Part shown: in pieces, positions 19,029 through 28,580 of the stretch
How the letters are laid out: every line of letters starts with the position of its first letter
Numbering within the stretch: the first letter of the stretch is position 1
Assembly: GCA_902797625.1 (NCBI GenBank)
Contig: CADBTU010000036.1
Location: forward strand, 1 to 57,418
DNA length: 57,418 bases
Direction: 5' to 3'
Source of the DNA: an uncultured Bacteroidota bacterium
Lineage (GTDB): Bacteria > Bacteroidota > Bacteroidia > Bacteroidales > WCHB1-69
Notes under the pieces: model-generated
Told to the model about the DNA's origin: nothing
Seen by the model: only the letters and a program-made list of their open reading frames with translations
Databases searched by the model: none
Program-made: the position numbers and the translations under genes

Positions 19029-19036
19029 TATATTTG
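19029..19036 (+). promoter_or_regulatory. Bacteroidota -7 promoter box TATATTTG
   Basis: Matches TAnnTTTG, 31 nt upstream of ATG 19067. The track's TTG 'start' at 19034 lies inside this box. Confidence 0.45.
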
Positions 19037-19066
19037 CAAAATATTAGAAAACAAAATATTAAAATT

Positions 19067-20350
19067 ATGACAGAAATATTCTTACATTACGTCTGGCAAC
19101 ATAGGCACTTTGATTTTTTGAATGCACGAACTACAAAAGGCAAATTGATAAATATTAAGCATACAGGAATTTACAACACAAATGCTGGACCAGATTTCAC
19201 ACAGGCGATTATTGAAATTGATGATATAACATGGGTTGGAAATGTTGAGATTCACATAAAAAGTTCTGATTGGTTTAAGCACAAACATCATACAGATGGT
19301 AAATATAAATCTGTTATTCTTCATGTGGTTTATGAGTCTGATATAGACGTTATTATAGATAGTAATTACCTTGTTCCAACGCTTGAATTGAAAAATTTGA
19401 TTTCATTGAAGATGTTTGATGCCTACAAAAGGTTGATTATGCAGCCTGATATTTTATTGTGTCGAAATTATCTACCCAACGTTGATTCTCTAATACTAAC
19501 TTCTCAACTTTCTTCTCTTCTCATAGAGCGAATTTTGAAAAAGACTAAACAAGCTCAAAGTGTTTTAGAAATATGTAAATACGATTGGAATGAATTGATA
19601 TATAGGGTTTTAGCTAAAACTTTTGGATGTAAAACAAATTCTTATGCTTTTGAATTTTTAACTCAAAATTTACCATATAAGATTATATCAAAGCATTCTG
19701 ATTCTTTATTGCAGTTAGATGCACTTTTTTTTGGTGTTGCAGGTTTTTTACAAGAATCTGATGGCAGCGAATATATGGAAAAGCTGATGTATGAATATGC
19801 TTATTTGAAGCATAAGTATGGATTGATATCAATAGATGGTAGTTGTTGGAATATGCTTCGCCTGCGCCCACAGAATTTCCCAACCATAAGAATAGCTCAA
19901 TTTTCTGCCTTGATGCACAATACTAAAGGATTTATTTCTGATTGGGTTTTAGGGGCAGATGTAGAATCATTAAAATTGTGGCTAATGGTATCGCCTGATG
20001 ATTATTGGCAGACTCATTATCGTTTTGGAAAGTCTTCGGCAAAACATTCTGTCTCTTTAGGCGAACAAACAATATTTTCGATTTTTATTAACACTATTAT
20101 ACTGTTAAGATTTTTATATGCGAAGAATACTGGAAACAACGAATTACAAGAGAAAGCATTGAGGTTGTATGAATATTTTCCATTTGAAAATAACAAAACA
20201 ACGCGAGTTGTTAAAGATTCTGCTTTTAAATTGGAACATTCTGGTGATTCGCAAGCAATTATGGAATTGTTGACACAATATTGCTTACAAAAACGTTGTC
20301 TAAAATGTGCAATAGGCGAAAAAATTGTTCGCGAAATATACCAAATGTAA
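19067..20350 (+). CDS. DUF2851-like conserved hypothetical protein
   Basis: The N-terminus MTEIFLHYVWQHRHF and a length of about 427 aa resemble the Bacteroidota DUF2851 family; this is from memory. The C-terminus carries CLQKRCLKCAIG. Confidence 0.6.
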   Translation: MTEIFLHYVWQHRHFDFLNARTTKGKLINIKHTGIYNTNAGPDFTQAIIEIDDITWVGNVEIHIKSSDWFKHKHHTDGKYKSVILHVVYESDIDVIIDSNYLVPTLELKNLISLKMFDAYKRLIMQPDILLCRNYLPNVDSLILTSQLSSLLIERILKKTKQAQSVLEICKYDWNELIYRVLAKTFGCKTNSYAFEFLTQNLPYKIISKHSDSLLQLDALFFGVAGFLQESDGSEYMEKLMYEYAYLKHKYGLISIDGSCWNMLRLRPQNFPTIRIAQFSALMHNTKGFISDWVLGADVESLKLWLMVSPDDYWQTHYRFGKSSAKHSVSLGEQTIFSIFINTIILLRFLYAKNTGNNELQEKALRLYEYFPFENNKTTRVVKDSAFKLEHSGDSQAIMELLTQYCLQKRCLKCAIGEKIVREIYQM

Positions 20351-20451
20351 ACCATCAGTAGGATTTAACATTTTCGCGATAAGTCCTAATACCTAAGTAA
20401 TCTAAAAGAAATATTCTGTGTTAAAATACAAAAAGTAGGTAATAATATTTT

Positions 20452-22149
20452 TTATTGTTCTAATAACTGTTTGACAGCTCGCTCAAGATCAGCGCCGCGT
20501 AGGTTTTTTTGAACAATTCTACCTTCTTTGTCAAGCAAAAATGTTGCAGGTATTGATCGAACACCGTAAATTGCTGCAGCTTGCGACTGCCATTTCTTTA
20601 GGTCGCTTACATGATAGGGCCATATAAGTTTGTCTTGTTCAATGGCACGTTTCCAAGAATTTCCGTCGCTATCCAAAGAAACACTAAAAATCTCAAAACC
20701 TTTATCGTGATATAAGTCGTAAACTCTTGTTACATTTGGATTTTCTTTACGGCAAGGTCCACACCATGAAGCCCAAAAATCTACTAACACAACTTTACCA
20801 CGTAAATCACTAAGTTTTAATGTTTTACCATCGGGATTTGGAAAAGCGAGTTCGGGAGCAATCGCGCCAATGGAGGTCTTTCCAGCAGGTGAATTCATCA
20901 AATTCCAACGTTCTTTTACCATTAAATTGTCGGGATAAATGTTGTGTAAAGCCTTTATAACTTCATTGTGCAATTCTGCATTCTGTTCTTTAGGAAACAT
21001 ATCCAAGAAAATAAGAACGCTTAAATCTTCTTTGTTATTTCTTATATCTTCCTTTAGTTTTGCAGTTAGATATGCATCGTTCTCGTTAAAAATTTGTTGA
21101 TACTTAGTAACTATACTGCTTACTTTTTCTTGGGAATTAGAGAAAATCCAATTTGCACGTTGAGAATCTTCTTTAATAGTTTTAGAATATTCACTTTTCT
21201 GCTCTGATATTGTTTCAATATCAGAGTGTAAACGACTATAGACGTTCATTGACCAATTGGAAAGATTTTTTGTATTTAGTAAGTTGTTAAAAGCAAGACT
21301 GTCACGAACATGAAGAAGATTTTTAACTGTTGGAATAATTTTTCCTATTAAGAGCTCTGCAAGATTATGTCTATCCTTAAGATTTTTAGAATATTTGTCA
21401 AATTCGGTGTAGAAATTAGTTGCATCAGTAACTCTATCTTTTTCTGAAAAATTATAATATTTACCAACGTTTTCTAAGTAAGATGCAAAAGGGGTGTAGT
21501 TAATATCAATTTTCTTGAGAAATTTATTAAGTTCGTCTGCGCAAATACGAGTGTTCTTTCCTGATAATTTTCCGTTAGGAATAAGGGATTTGAAAGTAGT
21601 ATTCAGAGAGTCTGCATATTGAAAAGTCTTAACTAAATAACCGTCAACATCGTCATTAGTCTGGCGATACATATTGAACTCTTGAGCGAAAGAACTCCAG
21701 TATTTTTTATCATCATCTTCTTGAAGAACAGCATTGATACTATCAAGGATAGTCTTTCGCTTCAAAGAATAACTCGACATCTGTCTGAGTTTATCCATAG
21801 AATGCGAACCAGTTACAGATTTGATTTCTTGAATATTTTCAGCATCGAGAATTAGTTTTATGTTCTCGCCAGATTTTAATATTAGCAACAGTTGGGCACC
21901 ATTGCCAAAATCAAGACGATAGATATCGTCAGGAAGCGTAACCTCCATCTGAAACTTATCATTTATAATATTTGCTGATGCGTATTTATTTGAATTTCCT
22001 GTGTAGGCATTCATTAAATCAACCTTTGAAAAGGTGTTGTTCAATAAAGTACCCTCTATTTTAGTACTTTTTTGAGCAAAAACTCCAATTATTTGCGCTA
22101 ACAAAAGCAAAACTACAAGACTTTTTCTTTTCATATTTGTTACTATCAT
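20452..22149 (-). CDS. TlpA/ResA-like thiol-disulfide oxidoreductase with long N-terminal extension
   Basis: The C-terminal thioredoxin fold carries DFWASWCGPCRKENP, preceded by an uncharacterised N-terminal region of about 400 aa. An alternative start at ATG 22134 (MKRKSLVVLLLLAQIIGVFAQ) gives a cleaner signal peptide. Confidence 0.8.
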   Translation of the reverse strand: MIVTNMKRKSLVVLLLLAQIIGVFAQKSTKIEGTLLNNTFSKVDLMNAYTGNSNKYASANIINDKFQMEVTLPDDIYRLDFGNGAQLLLILKSGENIKLILDAENIQEIKSVTGSHSMDKLRQMSSYSLKRKTILDSINAVLQEDDDKKYWSSFAQEFNMYRQTNDDVDGYLVKTFQYADSLNTTFKSLIPNGKLSGKNTRICADELNKFLKKIDINYTPFASYLENVGKYYNFSEKDRVTDATNFYTEFDKYSKNLKDRHNLAELLIGKIIPTVKNLLHVRDSLAFNNLLNTKNLSNWSMNVYSRLHSDIETISEQKSEYSKTIKEDSQRANWIFSNSQEKVSSIVTKYQQIFNENDAYLTAKLKEDIRNNKEDLSVLIFLDMFPKEQNAELHNEVIKALHNIYPDNLMVKERWNLMNSPAGKTSIGAIAPELAFPNPDGKTLKLSDLRGKVVLVDFWASWCGPCRKENPNVTRVYDLYHDKGFEIFSVSLDSDGNSWKRAIEQDKLIWPYHVSDLKKWQSQAAAIYGVRSIPATFLLDKEGRIVQKNLRGADLERAVKQLLEQ

Positions 22150-22267
22150 TACTTACAATTTAATAATTTTATCACCATTTAAGCTAACTGGTAATAGTTC
22201 AAAATTTGCGACCGCGAAGATACAATATTCTTTTGAAAGTTTAAATAGAGTTTTTAGCGAAAAAAAA

Positions 22268-22381
22268 CGGAATTTTTCCTAATAATTTAGTTGAAAACCA
22301 TAAATCTACAAAATTAGCTATAAATGATTAAATTACAGACTTTGTAGATGTTTTACAATAAATTTATTAGGAAAATTCCCG
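22268..22381. repeat. Long imperfect dyad (nested inverted repeats) in intergenic region
   Basis: Outer arms are CGGAATTTTTCCTAATAA (22268-22285) and TTATTAGGAAAATTCCCG (22364-22381). Inner arms are ATCTACAAA (22304-22312) and TTTGTAGAT (22341-22349). Confidence 0.6.
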
Positions 22382-22462
22382 AATTATCTTATTTGTAAGT
22401 GGTTATTGTTAAGGTATATGAAAATTTCTGGATTTTAATATACGAGATTGCGTTGAGCTGTG

Positions 22463-23983
22463 TTAATCGTTAGAAATTGAAAACTTGTTGAATGTTACAC
22501 CTATACTATTTAATCCTGAAACGTAGAAGTTGTCATTGTCAACAAATTCGAGGGAGCGCATTAACTGATTTTTCTTATCGGGAAGAATCATTTGGGTGAT
22601 TTCTTGGTCGGGAGAGAGTTTCATAAGCACCATTTCACCTGGTTTATTGAATTTTAAGCCAGATATTCCGCAAACAACACCTTTTCCAGGGTAGGGGATA
22701 TTGTTATTATGATCGTTGAACATAACGTAAACATCATTATTATTAACAAATGCAGAATATGATATATAAAAATTTTTCCATTCATCAGGAATGAAAGTGT
22801 GAGCCGCCATTTGTTGCTTTTGAATCATTGAAAATTTTGAGGTTTCATCAGGCATAATAGTAGAGATTAAAGTATTTTTTGTAAGTATCTGATAAGTGAT
22901 AAAACCTTGAGCATCCCTAATTTTTTTTATAAAACGATGTTCTCCAAGTAAAACTAATCCTCCATTTTCAAGCTCTAAAATGTTGTCTGCATTAATAGAA
23001 TATTGTTGATTTCCTAATATGTTTGATAACATAGCAGGAGCCTTTTTCTGTGCGTAGTTGCTGCTGAAATCGTATGATAAAAGTTTAGAGAAATTTTCAC
23101 TCTCAGAATTAAATTTGATAAGAAAATATCCATTGGATTTAGTCATTGTATTTTCGTAAGTATTTGTGAAATAGCCTCCTATAGCGATTTGGCCGTCTTT
23201 GAGTACCTTTGCAAAGAAATTCTGAGGTTTTCCAAAGTTTTCATCAGTTGTAAAGGTTCTTGTTTCATTGCCATTTGCCATAATGACTTGAAATTGAACA
23301 TCATAAACTTTGTCGCCCTTCAAGTTACAAGAATAAGCAGGAATGAATAAATTTCCATTATTGTCAACAGCAATATTACCTAAAGCAAAGGATGTCCCCT
23401 TAAAACTTGGAGTAATGGGACTCTGCCAAACAAACTCACCTTCGTTGTTAACAACTACAGCATATAGATTTTCCAATAAACTCTTTTTACCAGTAACCAT
23501 AACTAATGCAGCCATATATTTTTCATTTGGAGATTTAGCAGTCTTGTATTCAGGCCAGAATTTAGTATTAGCATTTGTGGTTATGGAGTTAGTGTTACTG
23601 TGGGTATATTTAGCTATACCTTTTTCAATATTTGCAATTGAGAAAGTAACAAAATCTCCTTTTTTAGTGGTGCTACGATACAAAGCTATGATGTTATTAG
23701 GCGTATTTATTGCATTTAGCAAATAATCTTGTTTTTGAGTTAAAATATTTATTGCAGATTTTTCTAAAGTCTCTTTATTTATTGTATAGATATAATCTAA
23801 GTTGTTTTTTCCAAACTTATAACTAACATAAAGATAATTGTTGTCGTCATCTTGACCGATGGCGGTTGTGGAAACATTTCCACGCGATAACCAAGGATTT
23901 TGTGTTTTCAATAAATCTATGTTTTGTGCAAAAATAGTAGATGTTATGACGAAACATAAACTAAGAAATAAAAGTTTTTTCAT
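22463..23983 (-). CDS. Secreted hypothetical protein (beta-rich)
   Basis: 506 aa with signal peptide MKKLLFLSLCFVITSTIFAQ. No motif I can name. Confidence 0.6.
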   Translation of the reverse strand: MKKLLFLSLCFVITSTIFAQNIDLLKTQNPWLSRGNVSTTAIGQDDDNNYLYVSYKFGKNNLDYIYTINKETLEKSAINILTQKQDYLLNAINTPNNIIALYRSTTKKGDFVTFSIANIEKGIAKYTHSNTNSITTNANTKFWPEYKTAKSPNEKYMAALVMVTGKKSLLENLYAVVVNNEGEFVWQSPITPSFKGTSFALGNIAVDNNGNLFIPAYSCNLKGDKVYDVQFQVIMANGNETRTFTTDENFGKPQNFFAKVLKDGQIAIGGYFTNTYENTMTKSNGYFLIKFNSESENFSKLLSYDFSSNYAQKKAPAMLSNILGNQQYSINADNILELENGGLVLLGEHRFIKKIRDAQGFITYQILTKNTLISTIMPDETSKFSMIQKQQMAAHTFIPDEWKNFYISYSAFVNNNDVYVMFNDHNNNIPYPGKGVVCGISGLKFNKPGEMVLMKLSPDQEITQMILPDKKNQLMRSLEFVDNDNFYVSGLNSIGVTFNKFSISND

Positions 23984-24161
23984 AATAATTGTTTTTTTGT
24001 GAATAAATATTTTTTATATCCTAATCAAAATATCAATAGTTTTTTATTTGACAAAATTTTACATCTGTCATATTCAACGCAAAAATAATTTTTTTTTTAA
24101 CTGTTCGCTAAAACTCCAAAAAAATCTATAACATCAAGGATACAGATTCATAACTTATTGA

Positions 24162-24193
24162 TAAAAAAGAGAGCGACAATTTATGCCGCTCTC
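24162..24193 (-). terminator. Rho-independent terminator downstream of the 24223..25599 gene
   Basis: The minus strand reads GAGAGCG-GCATAAATTGT-CGCTCTC followed by TTTTTTAT, about 30 nt after the stop codon. Confidence 0.6.
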
Positions 24194-24222
24194 AAATCAA
24201 ATTATGTATCTATTACTGCAGA

Positions 24223-25599
24223 TTATTTTTTACTGCGTCTTTTTGGTTTGAGGTTGTGTTTTGCTACGAAATCATCAAGAACTTCCTTCAATGTAGGAGA
24301 GCCAATTTCCTGTAATTCGTAACCAACTTTCACAACAGGTTGTTTGATCTTGATGAAGCGAGGAAGATCGATAGGAGTACCGATAACAACAGCATCACAA
24401 GGAGTTTTTGCTATAGTTTTTTCAAGGTCTTTCATTTGTTCCTCACCATATCCCATGGCTGGAAGCAAAGTGCCGATATTAGGATAAATTTCGAATGTTT
24501 CAGAGAGTTTACCTACAGTGTAAGGTCTTGGGTCGATGAGTTCAGCAGCACCGTGTTTCATAGCGGCAACTGTACCAGCACCGATTTTCATTTCGCCGTG
24601 TGTTAATGTAGGACCGTCTTCAACAACGAGGACTTTTTTACCTTTGATAAGTTCTGGTTTGTCAACAGTAAGAGTGGAAGCAGCGTCAATTAACATGGCG
24701 TTAGGATTGATTTTGCGGAGATTTTCTCTTACAGTGTTAATGTTTTCGAGAGAAGCTGAGTCGATTTTGTTAATAACGATAACGTCAGCCATACGCGCAA
24801 CAACTTCGCCTGGGTAGTAGCTAACTTCAGCACCTGGACGCAATGGGTCGGCAACGCCAACGGTAAGGTCTGGTTGATAGAATGGGAAATCGTTGTTACC
24901 ACCATCCCACAATACGATATCGCAACCATCTGGATCTTGTTCAGCAGCGCGGAGAATAGCTTCGTAATCAACACCAGCGTAAATAACGTTACGTTTTGTA
25001 ACTACGTGAGGTTCGTATTCTTCCATTTCTTCGATTGTGCAGTTGTGTTTTTTAAGGTCGGCAACTTCGGCGAAACGTTGAACTTTTTGTTTGTTCAAAT
25101 CTGGATCGTAAGGCATAGGGTGGCGAACAGCAACTACTCTGAAGCCCATTTCTACCAAATATTCAATAATTCTACGTGAAGTTTGTGATTTTCCGCAACC
25201 AGTACGTGTTGCACCAACTGCGATAACTGGTTTTTTAGATTTAACCATAGTGTCTTTTGGACCCATCAACCAGAAGTTAGCGCCAGCAGCGTTCACTAAA
25301 GCACTAACACCCATTACGTATGCGTAAGGTTTGTCGCTGTATGCAAATACGCAATCATCAACGTCAAATTCTTTGATTAATTCTGTTAATTTTGATTCAG
25401 GATAGATTTTAATTCCGTTAGGATATAAATCTTCACCTGCTAATTCCTTTGGATACATACGGTCGTCGATACCAGGAATTTGTTCAGCTGTGAAAGCAAC
25501 TACATTGTAGTTCTTGTTGTGACGGAAAAAGGTGTTAAAGTTGTGGAAGTCTCTTCCAGCAGCACCGATGATAATCACATTTCTAACTTTTTTTCTCAT
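24223..25599 (-). CDS. COG2403-type P-loop GTPase / cyclic 2,3-diphosphoglycerate synthetase-like protein
   Basis: 458 aa. The N-terminus is VIIIGAAGRDFHNFN and the Walker A is GATRTGCGKSQTS. The overall layout resembles the archaeal cpgS-like family as I recall it. Confidence 0.6.
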   Translation of the reverse strand: MRKKVRNVIIIGAAGRDFHNFNTFFRHNKNYNVVAFTAEQIPGIDDRMYPKELAGEDLYPNGIKIYPESKLTELIKEFDVDDCVFAYSDKPYAYVMGVSALVNAAGANFWLMGPKDTMVKSKKPVIAVGATRTGCGKSQTSRRIIEYLVEMGFRVVAVRHPMPYDPDLNKQKVQRFAEVADLKKHNCTIEEMEEYEPHVVTKRNVIYAGVDYEAILRAAEQDPDGCDIVLWDGGNNDFPFYQPDLTVGVADPLRPGAEVSYYPGEVVARMADVIVINKIDSASLENINTVRENLRKINPNAMLIDAASTLTVDKPELIKGKKVLVVEDGPTLTHGEMKIGAGTVAAMKHGAAELIDPRPYTVGKLSETFEIYPNIGTLLPAMGYGEEQMKDLEKTIAKTPCDAVVIGTPIDLPRFIKIKQPVVKVGYELQEIGSPTLKEVLDDFVAKHNLKPKRRSKK

Positions 25600-25652
25600 A
25601 AAATTTAATTTTTTAAGTTATAAAAAGAATTGTGTTCAATTTTTTGGCAGCG

Positions 25653-25660
25653 CAAAAGTA
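25653..25660 (-). promoter_or_regulatory. Bacteroidota -7 promoter box TACTTTTG
   Basis: The reverse complement of caaaagta, about 54 nt upstream of ATG 25599. Confidence 0.4.
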
Positions 25661-25709
25661 ATAAAATTTTCTTTCTGAGTGTTTTATTTTGTTTTTTTTA
25701 TTTTGTTTT

Positions 25710-26738
25710 TTATTTTTGCATAGAATCATTGCTGTAAGGAGAAACGTCATAATCTACAAATTCCTTATTCAAATATTTGTAGTATCCACAAATTGCAACC
25801 ATAGCGGCATTGTCTGTGGTGAGCTCCAATGGTGGTAAGAATACATTTCTATTATAGCGTTTTGCTAATTCGGTCATAGCTTTTCTGAGTCCAGAATTTG
25901 CAGAAACTCCACCTGCTAAAACAATATCTTTGCATGTTGATTCTTTGAAAACTTTTTTAACTTTATCGGTCAAAGATTTTATAATAGCTGATTGTATAGA
26001 AGCGGCAAGGTTATGGATGTTTTCTTTTATAAAATTAGGATTTTCTTTAAGATTGTCGCGAATGAAATATAAAAAAGAGGTTTTTAATCCAGAAAAACTG
26101 TAATCCAATCCAGGCAAATGTGAAATAGAGAAAGAGTATTTATTAGGGTCGCCATCTTTGGCGTATTTGTCAATAACAGGACCACCAGGGTAGGGCAGGC
26201 CGAGTATTTTAGCAGCTTTATCGAAAGCTTCTCCAGCAGCATCGTCAATAGTGCCACCTAACTTTACCATATCGAAATAATCATTAACTTGTAATAATAG
26301 GGTATGTCCGCCTGATACAGTAAGACAAAGAAAAGGAAATTGAGGCTTAGGAGTAGATTCGTTAGGTTTATTTAGGAAATGCGCTAACACGTGAGCCTGT
26401 AGGTGATTTACCTGTATGAGAGGGATTTGCAGGGTGAAAGCCATAGCTTTGGCGAAAGAGTTGCCTACGAGCAGTGAACCCATTAAGCCTGGACCGTTGG
26501 TAAATGCAATAGCCGATAACTCTTCCTTTCGTATGCCAGCACGTTTCAAAGCAGTGTCGATGACAGGGATGATATTCTGTTGATGAGCTCTCGATGCGAG
26601 TTCTGGTACTACTCCGCCATATTCTGCATGAATTTTTTGGCTTGCAATTACATTCGAAAGCATTGTGGTGTCCGCAATCACTGCTGCCGACGTATCGTCG
26701 CATGATGACTCTATACCTAATATATATACCATCTTCAT
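25710..26738 (-). CDS. tsaD: tRNA N6-adenosine threonylcarbamoyltransferase
   Basis: ILGIESSCDDTSAAV and GVVPELASRAHQ motifs. The start was moved to ATG 26738 (26732 is also possible) because a -7 box at 26753-26760 lies inside the track's longer ORF. Confidence 0.9.
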   Translation of the reverse strand: MKMVYILGIESSCDDTSAAVIADTTMLSNVIASQKIHAEYGGVVPELASRAHQQNIIPVIDTALKRAGIRKEELSAIAFTNGPGLMGSLLVGNSFAKAMAFTLQIPLIQVNHLQAHVLAHFLNKPNESTPKPQFPFLCLTVSGGHTLLLQVNDYFDMVKLGGTIDDAAGEAFDKAAKILGLPYPGGPVIDKYAKDGDPNKYSFSISHLPGLDYSFSGLKTSFLYFIRDNLKENPNFIKENIHNLAASIQSAIIKSLTDKVKKVFKESTCKDIVLAGGVSANSGLRKAMTELAKRYNRNVFLPPLELTTDNAAMVAICGYYKYLNKEFVDYDVSPYSNDSMQK

Positions 26739-26752
26739 AATTTTTAAGGCCG

Positions 26753-26760
26753 CAAAGTTA
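26753..26760 (-). promoter_or_regulatory. Bacteroidota -7 promoter box TAACTTTG
   Basis: The reverse complement of caaagtta, 15-21 nt upstream of the tsaD ATG candidates. Confidence 0.45.
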
Positions 26761-26947
26761 CATTTTTTATCATAAAGATATAGATTGGAGTTGAAATTCA
26801 ATAGCATCCTGAATTTTTTACCGTAAAGTTTGAAATAATCCCCGATTTTTGCACGTGTCTTTTAAATAATATTCAAAACTCCAGATATTTTTTGTTTAAA
26901 TTTTAGCAAATAATGAAAAATAGAAATTTTGGTATCACTCTTTTTAC

Positions 26948-26955
26948 TACATTTG
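26948..26955 (+). promoter_or_regulatory. Bacteroidota -7 promoter box TACATTTG
   Basis: Matches TAnnTTTG, 17 nt upstream of ATG 26972. Confidence 0.45.
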
Positions 26956-26971
26956 CACAAAATTATATTTT

Positions 26972-27511
26972 ATGAACAAGAGTCTAAAAATCTATTCAAT
27001 ATTGCTGTTGATATTCTTGAGTTTCAGTGCTTTTTGTCAAAATTCTGAAATTGATGACGATTATAAGTATGCTACAGAACTTCTTAAAACAGGTGATAAA
27101 GTTCCAAATTTTAACATCCAGACTCATGATGGTAAAATGCTTGATTTTAGTGAATTTTCAAAAGGTAACTATGTTGTTTTGGATTTTTGGGCGTCTTGGT
27201 GTCCAGATTGTATAAAAGATGCTCCCAATGTCGTACAGATGTGCAATAAATATAGCTCAAAAGGCGTGAAATTTATTGGCGTATCTTTTGATACAGACAA
27301 AGAAAAATGGCTCTTAGCAATTGATAAATTTGGATTGTCATATACCCAAGTTTGTGAATTGGTGAGCAAGGCTCAATCGCCTATAGCCAAAGCCTATGGT
27401 GTTAAATGGATTCCTTCAATATATCTTATCAGTCCAGAAGGAAAAGTTGTTGTTAGCACTGTCTTATCTTATAAAATTGAAGATAAATTGAAAGAGATAT
27501 TTGGAGAATAA
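26972..27511 (+). CDS. TlpA-family thioredoxin-like protein (secreted)
   Basis: 179 aa with a signal peptide and a DFWASWCPDCIKDAP active site. Confidence 0.8.
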   Translation: MNKSLKIYSILLLIFLSFSAFCQNSEIDDDYKYATELLKTGDKVPNFNIQTHDGKMLDFSEFSKGNYVVLDFWASWCPDCIKDAPNVVQMCNKYSSKGVKFIGVSFDTDKEKWLLAIDKFGLSYTQVCELVSKAQSPIAKAYGVKWIPSIYLISPEGKVVVSTVLSYKIEDKLKEIFGE

Positions 27512-27513
27512 TT

Positions 27514-28485
27514 ATGAAAAGTATTTTAGGCATAGGAAATGCTCTCGTTGATATATTAGTAAATGTAGATAATGATGATATACTAACCCGTTTTGGACTT
27601 GTAAAAGGCGGAATGGAGATGATAGATTCATCTAAAAAGAATGAAATTTTAAAGGAAATATCTTCTATGGAGCAAACATTGGCAACTGGAGGCTCTACTT
27701 CTAATACTATTCACGGAATTGCTCGTTTGGGTAATAAAGCAGGTTACATAGGTAGAATAGGAAATGATGAGCTTGGAGTTATCTTCCGTGAAGAGTGTAA
27801 ACGTTTTGGTGTAGTTCCTCACTTAATAGAATCAGATATTGATAATGGTGTGGCGATAACTTTCATTACTCCTGATGCTGAGAGAACATTTGCGACTTAT
27901 CTTGGTGCTGCAGCTACAATGCAACCCTCTCAGATTGATTCAAATATTTTTGATAATTATGATATAATTCACGTTGAAGGATATTTGATTTTTAATCACG
28001 ATTTAATATTGCATATTTGTAAAACCGCTAAAGAAAAAGGGCTTATGGTTTCGATGGATATGGCAAGTTATAATCTTATTGAACAACATCACGATTTTGT
28101 TGAGATTTTGCTTCGTGATTATGTGGATATTATTTTTGCAAATGAAGAAGAGGCTAAGGCTTTTACAGGAAAAAATAATGAAGAAGCCATTGTAGAGCTT
28201 GCTAAATATTGTCCTGTAGCTGTAATTAAAATTGGCAAAGATGGATCTATCGTTATGATGAACGGAGAGATTACACAAATTAAACCATTTGTTGTTAAAC
28301 CTGTTGACACAACAGGGGCAGGTGATATATATGCTTCAGGTTTTCTCTATGGCTTTTCAAATAAATTTGATGCACTTAAGTCTGGAAATTTAGCCTCTTA
28401 TCTATCAGCTAAACTAATAGAATATGTTGGAGCAAAATTGCCAGATTCAGAGTGGAATATTCTTTCAGAAACAAATTTACTTTAA
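27514..28485 (+). CDS. PfkB-family carbohydrate/nucleoside kinase (adenosine kinase-like)
   Basis: 323 aa with an N-terminal GIGNALVDIL and the C-terminal signature DTTGAGDIYASGF. Confidence 0.8.
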   Translation: MKSILGIGNALVDILVNVDNDDILTRFGLVKGGMEMIDSSKKNEILKEISSMEQTLATGGSTSNTIHGIARLGNKAGYIGRIGNDELGVIFREECKRFGVVPHLIESDIDNGVAITFITPDAERTFATYLGAAATMQPSQIDSNIFDNYDIIHVEGYLIFNHDLILHICKTAKEKGLMVSMDMASYNLIEQHHDFVEILLRDYVDIIFANEEEAKAFTGKNNEEAIVELAKYCPVAVIKIGKDGSIVMMNGEITQIKPFVVKPVDTTGAGDIYASGFLYGFSNKFDALKSGNLASYLSAKLIEYVGAKLPDSEWNILSETNLL

Positions 28486-28511
28486 AACTCTATGTATTCA
28501 GATATTTTGAG

Positions 28512-28519
28512 TAAATTTG
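28512..28519 (+). promoter_or_regulatory. Bacteroidota -7 promoter box TAAATTTG
   Basis: Matches TAnnTTTG, about 62 nt upstream of ATG 28581. Confidence 0.4.
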
Positions 28520-28580
28520 CATCGATAAAAAAAAATAATAATTGATTGATTGTTAGTAGATTGTATTTTTAAAATTGTAT

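Noticed and set aside
23343-23726. 127-aa + strand ORF.
   Set aside because: It is antisense inside the 506-aa secreted protein gene and is hydrophobic by the mirror effect of AT-rich codons.
24340-25179. Four 80-100-aa ORFs on both strands.
   Set aside because: All are nested in the 458-aa P-loop protein gene, whose frame carries the only recognisable motifs.
26368-26703. 111-aa Arg/Cys-rich minus-strand ORF.
   Set aside because: It is an alternative frame inside tsaD.
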